Assembly (NCBI GenBank): GCA_965552135.1
Contig: CBEVQY010000001.1
Coordinates: 96,001-160,000 of the forward strand
Length of the DNA: 64,000 nt
Direction: 5' to 3'
Source: an uncultured bacterium
Lineage (GTDB): Bacteria; UBP14; UBA6098; B30-G16
The notes beneath the pieces are model-generated. The model was given only the letters and a program-made list of their open reading frames with translations, made no database searches and had not been told where the DNA came from. This document shows positions 50,176-58,447 of this stretch, piece by piece. The stretch's first letter is position 1, and each line of letters opens with the position of its first letter. A program made the position numbers and the translations under genes.

Positions 50176-52509
50176 ATGAGCAAAGGCAACAAACAGGTTT
50201 TGCCCATCTTGATGCTGCCCGAGGGGCTTGTCACCTTCCCCGGTCTTATAGCGCCCCTTACGGTCAACGCGCCTTCGCTTGTGCAGATGATAAACGACGT
50301 CCTCTCGAAGGACAAGGTTCTTGCGGTTTTTGCCCGCAAGCAGCCGCAGAAGGAGGAGGGAGAACTCGAACAAAGGATTTACTCAGTTGGCTGCAAGGCG
50401 GTGATACTCAAGATGATCCGTCTTCCCGACGGGTCGATGCGTTTTCTGATACAGGCGCAGGCGCGTGTGAGGCTCCTTAGGCTTGAGAGGACCGACCCCT
50501 ACCCCACCGGCGAGGTCGAGGAGCTTTGGGACGAGGTTGCCCACGACGAGGAAGAGGCTGCGCTTATGCGCACCGTGCTGCAGCTTTTCGACAAAGTCGT
50601 CTCCTCTGCGCCCTATCTTCCCGACGAGCTTCGCCTTGCCGCCGTCAACACCACAGACCCCGGCAGGCTCGCCGACCTCGTCGCGGCAAACCTAAACATC
50701 CCCCCCGACCAAAAACAGCGCGTGCTCGAGGAGCTCTCGGCAAAGCAGAGACTCAGGATAGTGATAGACCTCCTCAAAAGGGAGCTTACGATACTTGAGC
50801 TTACGCGTGAGATTCAGAAGAAGACGGCGCAGGAGATGGAGCGGGCGCAGCGGGAATACTTCCTGCGGGAGCAGCTCAAGCAGATACGCCGCGAGCTCGG
50901 CGAGGAGGACACGGGCAAGGAGATAGAGGAGCTGAGGAAGAAGATAGAAGAGGCTGGTATGCCCGACGAGGCTCGCGAGGCGGCGCTCAAGGAGCTCGAC
51001 AGACTCGCCAAGATGAACCCCGCATCCGCCGAGTACACCGTTTCGCGCACCTACCTCGATTGGCTTGTGGAGATGCCCTGGAGCATCGAGACGAAGGACA
51101 GGATCGACATAGCCGAGGCGCGCAAGATACTCGACGAGGACCACTACGACCTCGACGAGGTCAAGGAAAGAATCCTCGAGTTTTTAGCGGTGAGGAAGCT
51201 TAAGCCCGACGTTAAGTCGCCGATTCTTTTGTTTGTGGGTCCGCCTGGCGTTGGCAAGACGTCGCTTGGGATGTCGATAGCGCGTGCTATGGGTCGCAAG
51301 TTTGTGCGGATTTCGCTGGGTGGTATGAAGGACGAGGCTGAGATCCGCGGGCACAGGCGGACGTACGTCGGCGCTCTGCCGGGGAGGATCATCCAGGGGA
51401 TAAAGCGCGCAGGCGCGAAAAACCCCGTATTCATGCTCGACGAGATCGACAAGATCGGTCAGGACTTCAGGGGCGATCCGGCTTCCGCTCTCCTTGAGGT
51501 CCTCGACCCAGAGCAAAACCACTCCTTCTTCGACCACTACCTCGATGTGCCGTTTGACCTCTCCAAGGTCATATTCATCGCCACGGCGAACTACATCGAC
51601 CCTATCCCCCGCGTCCTTCTGGACAGGATGGAGGTTTTGCACCTGCCCGGCTACACCGAGCTTGAGAAGATTCAGATAGCCAAGAAGTTCCTCATACCGC
51701 GCGAGCTCGAGAACCACGGTCTTACGAAGAAGCAGCTTACCTTCACCGACAAGGCTATTCGCGACATAATAAACTTTTACACCCGCGAGGCGGGTGTCAG
51801 GAACCTCGACCGCGCCATAGCTTCCATCTGCCGCAAGACGGCGAAGGGTTTGGCGGAGGGTAAGTTTACGTCGCTTCGGGTGACGTCGAAGGTTGTTCGC
51901 GAGATGCTTGGACCGGAGAAGTTTGTTCGCGAAAAGCTTTTGGACGAGCCCAAGCCCGGGGTTGCCACGGGTCTTGCGTGGACGCCCTTTGGCGGCGAGG
52001 TCCTTATGGTCGAGGCGACGACACTGCCCGGAGGCGGCAAGCTTATCCTCACAGGCAGCCTCGGCGAGGTTATGAAGGAGTCGGCGCAGATAGCGCTCTC
52101 ATACGTTCGTTCGAAGGCGGAGGCTTTAGGCATAGATTCGCAAGTCTTCCAGAAAAGCGATATCCACATCCACGTTCCTGCGGGTGCGATACCGAAGGAC
52201 GGTCCTTCGGCTGGCATAACGATAGCGACGGCGCTTGTTTCGCGCCTTTTGAACAAGCCGCCGCGTCAGAACATCGCCATGACGGGCGAGATAACCCTTC
52301 GCGGCGACGTTTTGCTCGTTGGGGGTTTGAAGGAGAAGTCGCTTGCGGCGCACAGGGTTGGCATAAAAAAGATTATCATTCCCGCCGACAATAAAAAAGA
52401 CCTGCCCGAGCTTCCCGACGAGATCAGGGAGACGATAAAGTTTATTCCCGTCGAGACGGTCGAGCAGGTTTTGTGGCATGCCCTTGGCGTTCGCCTGTCG
52501 AAGGTGTGA
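50176..52509 (+). CDS. lon: ATP-dependent protease La (Lon), copy 2
   Basis: GPPGVGKT, RGHRRTYVGA, MLDEIDK, PKDGPSAG; coupled to the Hsp20 gene. Confidence 0.97.
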   Translation: MSKGNKQVLPILMLPEGLVTFPGLIAPLTVNAPSLVQMINDVLSKDKVLAVFARKQPQKEEGELEQRIYSVGCKAVILKMIRLPDGSMRFLIQAQARVRLLRLERTDPYPTGEVEELWDEVAHDEEEAALMRTVLQLFDKVVSSAPYLPDELRLAAVNTTDPGRLADLVAANLNIPPDQKQRVLEELSAKQRLRIVIDLLKRELTILELTREIQKKTAQEMERAQREYFLREQLKQIRRELGEEDTGKEIEELRKKIEEAGMPDEAREAALKELDRLAKMNPASAEYTVSRTYLDWLVEMPWSIETKDRIDIAEARKILDEDHYDLDEVKERILEFLAVRKLKPDVKSPILLFVGPPGVGKTSLGMSIARAMGRKFVRISLGGMKDEAEIRGHRRTYVGALPGRIIQGIKRAGAKNPVFMLDEIDKIGQDFRGDPASALLEVLDPEQNHSFFDHYLDVPFDLSKVIFIATANYIDPIPRVLLDRMEVLHLPGYTELEKIQIAKKFLIPRELENHGLTKKQLTFTDKAIRDIINFYTREAGVRNLDRAIASICRKTAKGLAEGKFTSLRVTSKVVREMLGPEKFVREKLLDEPKPGVATGLAWTPFGGEVLMVEATTLPGGGKLILTGSLGEVMKESAQIALSYVRSKAEALGIDSQVFQKSDIHIHVPAGAIPKDGPSAGITIATALVSRLLNKPPRQNIAMTGEITLRGDVLLVGGLKEKSLAAHRVGIKKIIIPADNKKDLPELPDEIRETIKFIPVETVEQVLWHALGVRLSKV

Positions 52510-52553
52510 TCGTTAGCCTTCGCTGATCGCCCTGCGCCAGCACTTTGCCCCAC

Positions 52554-52718
52554 GTGGGGGTGGGGGTCAGTGGGGGTCTTTCCATCCCCACGAACATAGG
52601 AGAACGGCGTGAACGCCAGAAGAGGGAAATGACCCCCACCAATCCCCTATCAATCGGGGGTGGGGGTCAGTGGGGGTCATTCACTCCCTGCGAAGCGCTG
52701 ATGAGTTATGACCCCCAC
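52554..52718. repeat. REP-like GTGGGGGTC...GACCCCCAC hairpin elements interleaved with a truncated CRISPR repeat
   Basis: GTGGGGGTCAGTGGGGGTC at 52560 and 52660; GACCCCCAC at 52631 and 52710; repeat remnant CAATCCCCTATCAATCGGGG at 52640-52659. Confidence 0.75.
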
Positions 52719-53984
52719 TCGCAATCCCCTATCAATCGGGGAATCCGATGCAACTGGCCTGTTCCTCCGGGATCCTGATGATCCTTGGGGGTCGCAATCC
52801 CCTATCAATCGGGGAATTTGATGCAACAGGAGAAGCTTATCAAGCTGAGGGACTATTACAGGGTCGCAATCCCCTATCAATCGGGGAATTCGATGCAACC
52901 CATCTCCCATCTTCGAGGAGGCGGTGCTTTCTAGGTCGCAATCCCCTATCAATCGGGGAATTCGATGCAACTTATTGGATTTCCAACAAAGCCCCGCGGG
53001 AAGGTAATGTCGCAATCCCCTATCAATCGGGGAATTCGATGCAACGTTGTCTCGCGCCTCAAGGCGCTCGAGGATTGACAGTCGCAATCCCCTATCAATC
53101 GGGGAATTCGATGCAACAAGGAAAAACATTCGGTCTGTTTCTTAGAGATAGTGTCGCAATCCCCTATCAATCGGGGAATTCGATGCAACAAAAGGAGGTT
53201 TCATAATGAGTAAATATTTATTTGGTCGCAATCCCCTATCAATCGGGGAATTCGATGCAACGTCATTCAGCCTGGGGCGTTGGTCGCCCCAGGCGAGTCG
53301 CAATCCCCTATCAATCGGGGAATTCGATGCAACATTTTTGATAGAAAATTCGCTCAGGCCCTTGCAAGTCGCAATCCCCTATCAATCGGGGAATTCGATG
53401 CAACATTTTTGATAGAAAATTCGCTCAGGCCCTTGCAAGTCGCAATCCCCTATCAATCGGGGAATTCGATGCAACATGTCAGGGGCAGATATGATAATTA
53501 TTGCCCATTCGTCGCAACCCCCTATCAATCGGGGAATTCGATGCAACGTTTGCCTCTCTCGTGAGAGAAGGGAAAGCCAGACCGTCGCAACCCCCTATCA
53601 ATCGGGGAATTCGATGCAACGAAACTCAAAAAAAGGAGGTAGAAGATGTTGATGTGGTCGCAACCCCCTATCAATCGGGGAATTCGATGCAACTTCCTTT
53701 GCCTCAAGCTCTTCGAGGACTTCAGGCTGTCGCAACCCCCTATCAATCGGGGAATTCGATGCAACCTATCGTCAGCTCGTGGGTGTCCAGAAAGCGCCTT
53801 ATGTCGCAACCCCCTATCAATCGGGGAATTCGATGCAACTTAAAAGAGTAGAAAAGAAGGCTGGCATGTACTATGGTCGCAACCCCCTATCAATCGGGGA
53901 ATTCGATGCAACCAGTGAGATATTCTCCCCGTAATCAAAAAATAAAAGTCGCAACCCCCTATCAATCGGGGAATTCGATGCAAC
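52718..53984 (-). CRISPR. CRISPR array, 18 repeats (37 bp) and 17 spacers (34-37 bp, 16 unique); type III-like repeat; no cas genes in window
   Basis: Plus-strand repeat GTCGCAA(T/C)CCCCTATCAATCGGGGAATTCGATGCAAC starts at 52718, 52791, 52863, 52935, 53009, 53081, 53153, 53225, 53297, 53368, 53439, 53511, 53584, 53657, 53729, 53803, 53876, 53948. Degenerate repeats lie at the left and the leader at the right, giving minus-strand orientation ending ATTGCGAC. Confidence 0.98.
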
Positions 53985-54242
53985 TGTCTCCCTGCGAGCC
54001 CTTGATACTCAAGGGCTCAGAAAGCCATTTCGGCGAACCTACCCCACCAACCCCCGTAAGTTGAATTTGCATTTTGCAAAACATCGACTATCCCCTTGAT
54101 CCACACAAACTTAGCTCCGGAGCGAACCCCCCAGGGTTTTTATGTGCGCTTGAGGTTCGCGCAAAAATCGCGCTCTTCTATTTTCAAAGAACTCAACCAC
54201 TTCCCAAATAAACCCAACAGCGCGAAGATGTCAAGGGGAAAA
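53985..54242 (-). promoter_or_regulatory. CRISPR leader
   Basis: AT-richer non-coding 258 bp; GCGAACC at 54033 and 54122, inverted AGGTTCGC at 54153; palindrome 53996-54018; minus-strand TTGACA at 54234-54229. Confidence 0.8.
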
Positions 54243-55127
54243 TTACTCGATGTTCTGAACCTGCTCACGAATGCGCTCAAGCTGCTCTTTGACGTCTATC
54301 ACGATAGAGGCGATCTCGACGTCGTCGGTCTTTGCGCCAACGGTGGTGATCTCCCTGTGACACTCCTGAACGATGAAGTTGAGCATACTCCCCACGGGCT
54401 TTCGACTCTTGAGCGCCTCCAGAAACCTCTGGATGTGCGTTTCGAGCCTCGTTATCTCCTCGGTGCAGTCGGCGCGGGCAGCAAGATGCGCCACCTCCTG
54501 CGCCAAACTCGACTCGTCAAGCTCCACATCCCCCAAAAGCTGCAAAACCCGCTCCCTGAAACGCCTGTAGCGCCTTTGCGCACCGACATCCTGAAGCCGC
54601 TTTATCCTGCGAACGAAGGCTCTGACGGCATAAAGCCTCTTTCGGATGTCCTCCTGAAGCGCCTTCCCCTCCTGGCGCCTCGATTTTTTGAGCTTCTGCA
54701 GCGCGCTTTTTGCAGCGCAAAGCGAAACGCGAAAAAGCTTCCTCTGCGCCAAAACGTTCGGCGTGCGAACGAAAAGCTCGTCGAAGCAAAGGAGCCTGTC
54801 GAGGTTGACGGTGGTTCGCTCGGGCAGAAGGCGCGCGTCAAGCTGCTGGAGGATGTCGGCGTAAGCGTCCAGAAGCGCATCGTCCAGCGAGATGTCCCAA
54901 AGCCTTAAACCGCCCGTGGCAACCACCCGAAGCGCAAGGAAAACCTTCCCCCTGCTTGTGTACTGCCGCACAAGCTCCAAAAACTTCGGCTCAAACTCCG
55001 AAAGCAGCGCGGGAAGCTGAAGGCGGATCTCCAGGAATCGGGAGTTGAGCGACTTCGCCTCGGCTGATACCACAACCCCCTCTTCCGAACACACCGCCCT
55101 GCCGAAGCCGGTCATCGAATAAAGCAT
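54243..55127 (-). CDS. yicC: YicC/YloC family endoribonuclease
   Basis: SMTGFGR, KSLNSRFLE, DCTEEITRL, LERIREQVQNIE. Confidence 0.95.
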   Translation of the reverse strand: MLYSMTGFGRAVCSEEGVVVSAEAKSLNSRFLEIRLQLPALLSEFEPKFLELVRQYTSRGKVFLALRVVATGGLRLWDISLDDALLDAYADILQQLDARLLPERTTVNLDRLLCFDELFVRTPNVLAQRKLFRVSLCAAKSALQKLKKSRRQEGKALQEDIRKRLYAVRAFVRRIKRLQDVGAQRRYRRFRERVLQLLGDVELDESSLAQEVAHLAARADCTEEITRLETHIQRFLEALKSRKPVGSMLNFIVQECHREITTVGAKTDDVEIASIVIDVKEQLERIREQVQNIE

Positions 55128-55141
55128 CGCGCTACCTCATC

Positions 55142-55942
55142 TCAGCGCCCAAAAAGCGACTTAAAGCCCTTCTCGAGCGCCTTCTCAAGCCCCCTCTCGA
55201 TGCTCTCCTCGGCGCTCTCTTTAAGGCTTTCCTTGAGCTGCTCCTTGAAGTAATCCTTGATCGATATCTTCCTCGGCGTCTCTGTGATGGCGCTTTTGGC
55301 GCCCTCGGTGCCGTACTCCAAAAGCTCCATGTAGCCGTCTTTGCCCTCAAGCTTCACGATCCCCGTGATGGGAACCTCGGGCGAAAACCAAACGTCGGTC
55401 TTCTCGCCGCTTTTCTCGTCGATCATCGTGACGTGGGTGCACTTAAACGTCCCCGCGGGAACCTTGACCTCCTCGGTGTTCATCTCCATCGAGGGCTTTT
55501 CGGCTTCGCTGGCTTTCTTCCCGCCCGAAGATGCCTCCTTCGTCTGCGCCTTCAGCGAGGTCGTGTCGAACTCTATGGGGAACTCGAGCTCGTAGGCGGG
55601 CTGGTCGTTGTGCTTGACGATTATCGAGAAATACCCCTTCGAGCCCTCAGATATGTCGCCGCGCATGAGGTATTTCATTATGTCGTGGTTGCCGAGTTTG
55701 TCCCAAAGCTCAAGCTCGAACCACACGCACTTTGCGCCGGCGCACTCGGCATCGCCGACAACCGAAAGCTTCATATCGCCCGAGTGCTTCTTCTCCTCGC
55801 TTGTGATCCTGTACTTTGCCCACGAGCCCGACTTTACCACCACCTCTTGGGGCGACTTCATCCCCACAAACGGGTTGAAAAGCTGCGAGAGCTGCCCGAA
55901 GGCAAGCGCAAAGCTTAAGAACCCAAGCAGCGCGACCCGCAT
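55142..55942 (-). CDS. Secreted protein of unknown function
   Basis: Signal peptide ALAFG|Q; GSWAKY, EEVKVPAGTFKC, WFSPEVPITGIVK. Confidence 0.75.
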   Translation of the reverse strand: MRVALLGFLSFALAFGQLSQLFNPFVGMKSPQEVVVKSGSWAKYRITSEEKKHSGDMKLSVVGDAECAGAKCVWFELELWDKLGNHDIMKYLMRGDISEGSKGYFSIIVKHNDQPAYELEFPIEFDTTSLKAQTKEASSGGKKASEAEKPSMEMNTEEVKVPAGTFKCTHVTMIDEKSGEKTDVWFSPEVPITGIVKLEGKDGYMELLEYGTEGAKSAITETPRKISIKDYFKEQLKESLKESAEESIERGLEKALEKGFKSLFGR

Positions 55943-56014
55943 GGTTCACCTCCTGCGCCCTTTCCGAGTTTAAATAATCGGAGGCGCTTGGTGGGTGTGC
56001 AAGGGGAATTTTGG

Positions 56015-56989
56015 CTATGGGGAGAATGTGTTCCACGAGATCGCCGACGATGCGCCGAAGCCCTTTATTGCGGCGATGTACTGGAGCGCGAACGATAGCT
56101 CCAGCGGCATCCCCAAAAGCGTTTGGAACACAGCGCCGCCTGCGGCGATTCGTAGCTCGTCGCTTGCGGGCGGCGTTCCGGTGTAGAAGTCGATGCCTGC
56201 GCGCAGAGCGCACCACCTCCTGACCAAATACTGACCGCCAAAGCGCCACCTGAGCCTGCCCTTCGCCTTCGAGATGATCTCAACCGAACCCTCGAACCAG
56301 TCCGATTCGCAGTACTCCACGCCAACCCCAAATACCACCGACCACGGCGGGATGGAGTGACTGTCGTCCGCCCAGTTCATCCTCCCCAGGGCGTTTTTCA
56401 AAAGGATCCCCCACCGCCAAAGCCAGTATCGCCCCGATGCGCCAAAGTCGACTGAATATCCGGTCTCTGCCTTGCTGCCCTCAAGCGAAAACTTCTGCCC
56501 AAGCACGCGAAAGCTTGCCCCAAAGCCCACCTGCCAGATGCTCGTCCTGCACGGGAGCTTGAGCCGCTTGCGGCTTTCTGCTGTATATCCCGCCGCAAAG
56601 ACCGCAGCATACGACCTATGACTGAAGCTTTCGGTCTCGTTCCCCGTGGCGTCTCTGCCTGTGATCTCGCCCACCGAGTGCTGGATGTACCCCGCGCCGA
56701 ACCTGAACCTCCCCCACGGAACGGACACCGCCAGGGAGTATCTTTCCGCCGCAAGCGGGAGCTTTTCGAGCGAAGCTTGGGCGCAGATGAGTCTCATCGT
56801 TGCGAGGTTTGCGGGGTTGTCGAACAGTGCGGCCGGCTCCGGGTCGAAGGTTATGCACGCTCCGCCCACGCCAACGGCGGACGCGGCTTTGGGAAGCGAC
56901 AAAAACGCACCGGCATATCCGCCGGGAACGTCCCCAAGGCAAATCCCCAAAACTGCAGCGCCCAAAAGGATTTTGGTAAGCCCTTTCAT
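56015..56989 (-). CDS. PorV/PorQ-like (FadL-type) outer membrane beta-barrel
   Basis: Signal peptide; GAFLSLPKAASAVGVGGA, ALFDNPANLA, GRDATGNETESF, GYSVDFG, LRAG. Confidence 0.75.
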   Translation of the reverse strand: MKGLTKILLGAAVLGICLGDVPGGYAGAFLSLPKAASAVGVGGACITFDPEPAALFDNPANLATMRLICAQASLEKLPLAAERYSLAVSVPWGRFRFGAGYIQHSVGEITGRDATGNETESFSHRSYAAVFAAGYTAESRKRLKLPCRTSIWQVGFGASFRVLGQKFSLEGSKAETGYSVDFGASGRYWLWRWGILLKNALGRMNWADDSHSIPPWSVVFGVGVEYCESDWFEGSVEIISKAKGRLRWRFGGQYLVRRWCALRAGIDFYTGTPPASDELRIAAGGAVFQTLLGMPLELSFALQYIAAIKGFGASSAISWNTFSP

Positions 56990-58437
56990 CTGCAGACAGC
57001 CACCTTGCCTACTCCGAACTCGCCGCCGAGGTTCTCGACGACGATGTAGTACACGCCCGGCACAACCCTATCGCCGTTTTGGTTGGTGCCGTCCCAGGTG
57101 ACAAGCTTAATCCCAGCCTCTTGCTTTTCGCCCTCGACTATCGTTCTTACGAGGTTATAGCCCACATCGAAGACCTTGACGTTAACGATGCCGTCTTTGC
57201 AGAGCATAAACGATATGGTAAGCTCGCCCTGCGCGGGGTAGAATGGGTTTGGGTATATAATGATGTTTTCGTTTTTCAGGCATTCAGTTGCTGCGGCTGT
57301 GGTTTCGGCGCACGTCCACTCCACGGTCATCGGCGCGTCGAGGGTGGTCGAGAAGGCGTTGCCGTCGCCCGAGGCGGAGACGGTGTCGTCGATGTAGAAC
57401 TTCTCGTACTCCCAGCCCTCGACTATGTACCACTTCTTGTCCTTCTCGAAGAAAAGCGGCGTGGATATCTGCCTTTGCGAGCCTGGGTCGACGGGGGAGA
57501 AGGTCGTTTCGGCTTTTATCACTGAGCCGTACGTCGTCTTCCAGACGAAGGCGGTCTTCGCCCCAAGCGACTCGACGGGATAGATCCACGGGTCCGCCCA
57601 AACGCACTTGGGGAATGCTGTGTCGAGGCAGGCGTAGCTTATTTTGCAGAATCCGCTTTCGGCGAACGCGGTGCCCCAGCTGTTCTTGAAGATCAGACAT
57701 CCCTCGCGGTCGTTCCAGCCGATGCAAAGCATTGCGTGCGCCGCAGGCAGCCCTCCCCAAAGTAGGATCGTGTCGCCCTCGTCGGAGGTATCGGGAAGCC
57801 AAACCGTATCCCTACCGAGGGAGTCGAGCGAAAGGAAGGAGCTGTAGATCCAGATGACGAAATACGTCGGGCAAACCGACACGACCGCCTTTACGTCGTC
57901 GAGGCTGAAGTTTGTGTTGTATGCAGCCGTGTTGAGCCTGTAGTTTCGTCGCGCCGGGGCGTCGGGACAGATGAGCGAGCAGGGTGGAGTGGTCGATGCG
58001 TCTTGGCTTTCGTCGTAGCGAAAGCAGTCCTCGTCCACAAGCCCCACCTGCGACATATACTCCATCGCGAAGTATCCGCCCAGGCAGCCCATGGAGTTGG
58101 TGTCGCACGATACGAGCTCCTGCTCGGAGAGGTCTGTGGGCAGGTTTGGTCTTGCCGAAAGTATTTTGACCGCTGCCTCGAACTGTGCGACCGAGGCGAA
58201 CGCCCAGCACGAGCCGCAGTTTTGCCCCTGGTCCTTCGCGGGGGTGACCCAGCAGTATCCGTTGTGGTTTCGCCAGTCGAGGCTTTCGGGCAGGGCAGCC
58301 ACGCGGAGCTTTCTGGGCAGCTGGGGCATAACCTTAGCCCCCGGCGGAGGACCTAAAAGCGCTCCTCCGTAAGGGTGGTCGCCGCAGAAAGCCACCACAG
58401 GGAGCAGAAGGACGACGATTTTCGCAAAAAGTCTCAT
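56986..58437 (-). CDS. Secreted papain-family (C1A) cysteine protease with FlgD/T9SS-like C-terminal domain
   Basis: LPESLDWR, DQGQNCGSCWAF, DLSEQELVSC, HAMLCIGW, KNSWG; tail IYPNPF...WDGTNQNGDRVVPGVYY...GKVAVCR. Confidence 0.92.
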   Translation of the reverse strand: MRLFAKIVVLLLPVVAFCGDHPYGGALLGPPPGAKVMPQLPRKLRVAALPESLDWRNHNGYCWVTPAKDQGQNCGSCWAFASVAQFEAAVKILSARPNLPTDLSEQELVSCDTNSMGCLGGYFAMEYMSQVGLVDEDCFRYDESQDASTTPPCSLICPDAPARRNYRLNTAAYNTNFSLDDVKAVVSVCPTYFVIWIYSSFLSLDSLGRDTVWLPDTSDEGDTILLWGGLPAAHAMLCIGWNDREGCLIFKNSWGTAFAESGFCKISYACLDTAFPKCVWADPWIYPVESLGAKTAFVWKTTYGSVIKAETTFSPVDPGSQRQISTPLFFEKDKKWYIVEGWEYEKFYIDDTVSASGDGNAFSTTLDAPMTVEWTCAETTAAATECLKNENIIIYPNPFYPAQGELTISFMLCKDGIVNVKVFDVGYNLVRTIVEGEKQEAGIKLVTWDGTNQNGDRVVPGVYYIVVENLGGEFGVGKVAVCR

Positions 58438-58447
58438 CTTTTACGCC

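Noticed and set aside
50176..52509. Lon next to the CRISPR array as a CRISPR-associated Lon (CalpL-type) effector
   Set aside because: It is a canonical full-length LonA (N-domain, AAA+, protease) paired with Hsp20, with no SAVED/CARF domain, and it lies at the trailer end.
52755..53947. Self-targeting spacers within the window
   Set aside because: Only short chance matches were seen by eye; no full protospacer found, though the search was not exhaustive.
52545..54064. ORFs in the track overlapping the CRISPR array
   Set aside because: They are translations of the repeats (RNPLSIGEFDAT, VAIPYQSGNSMQ), not genes.
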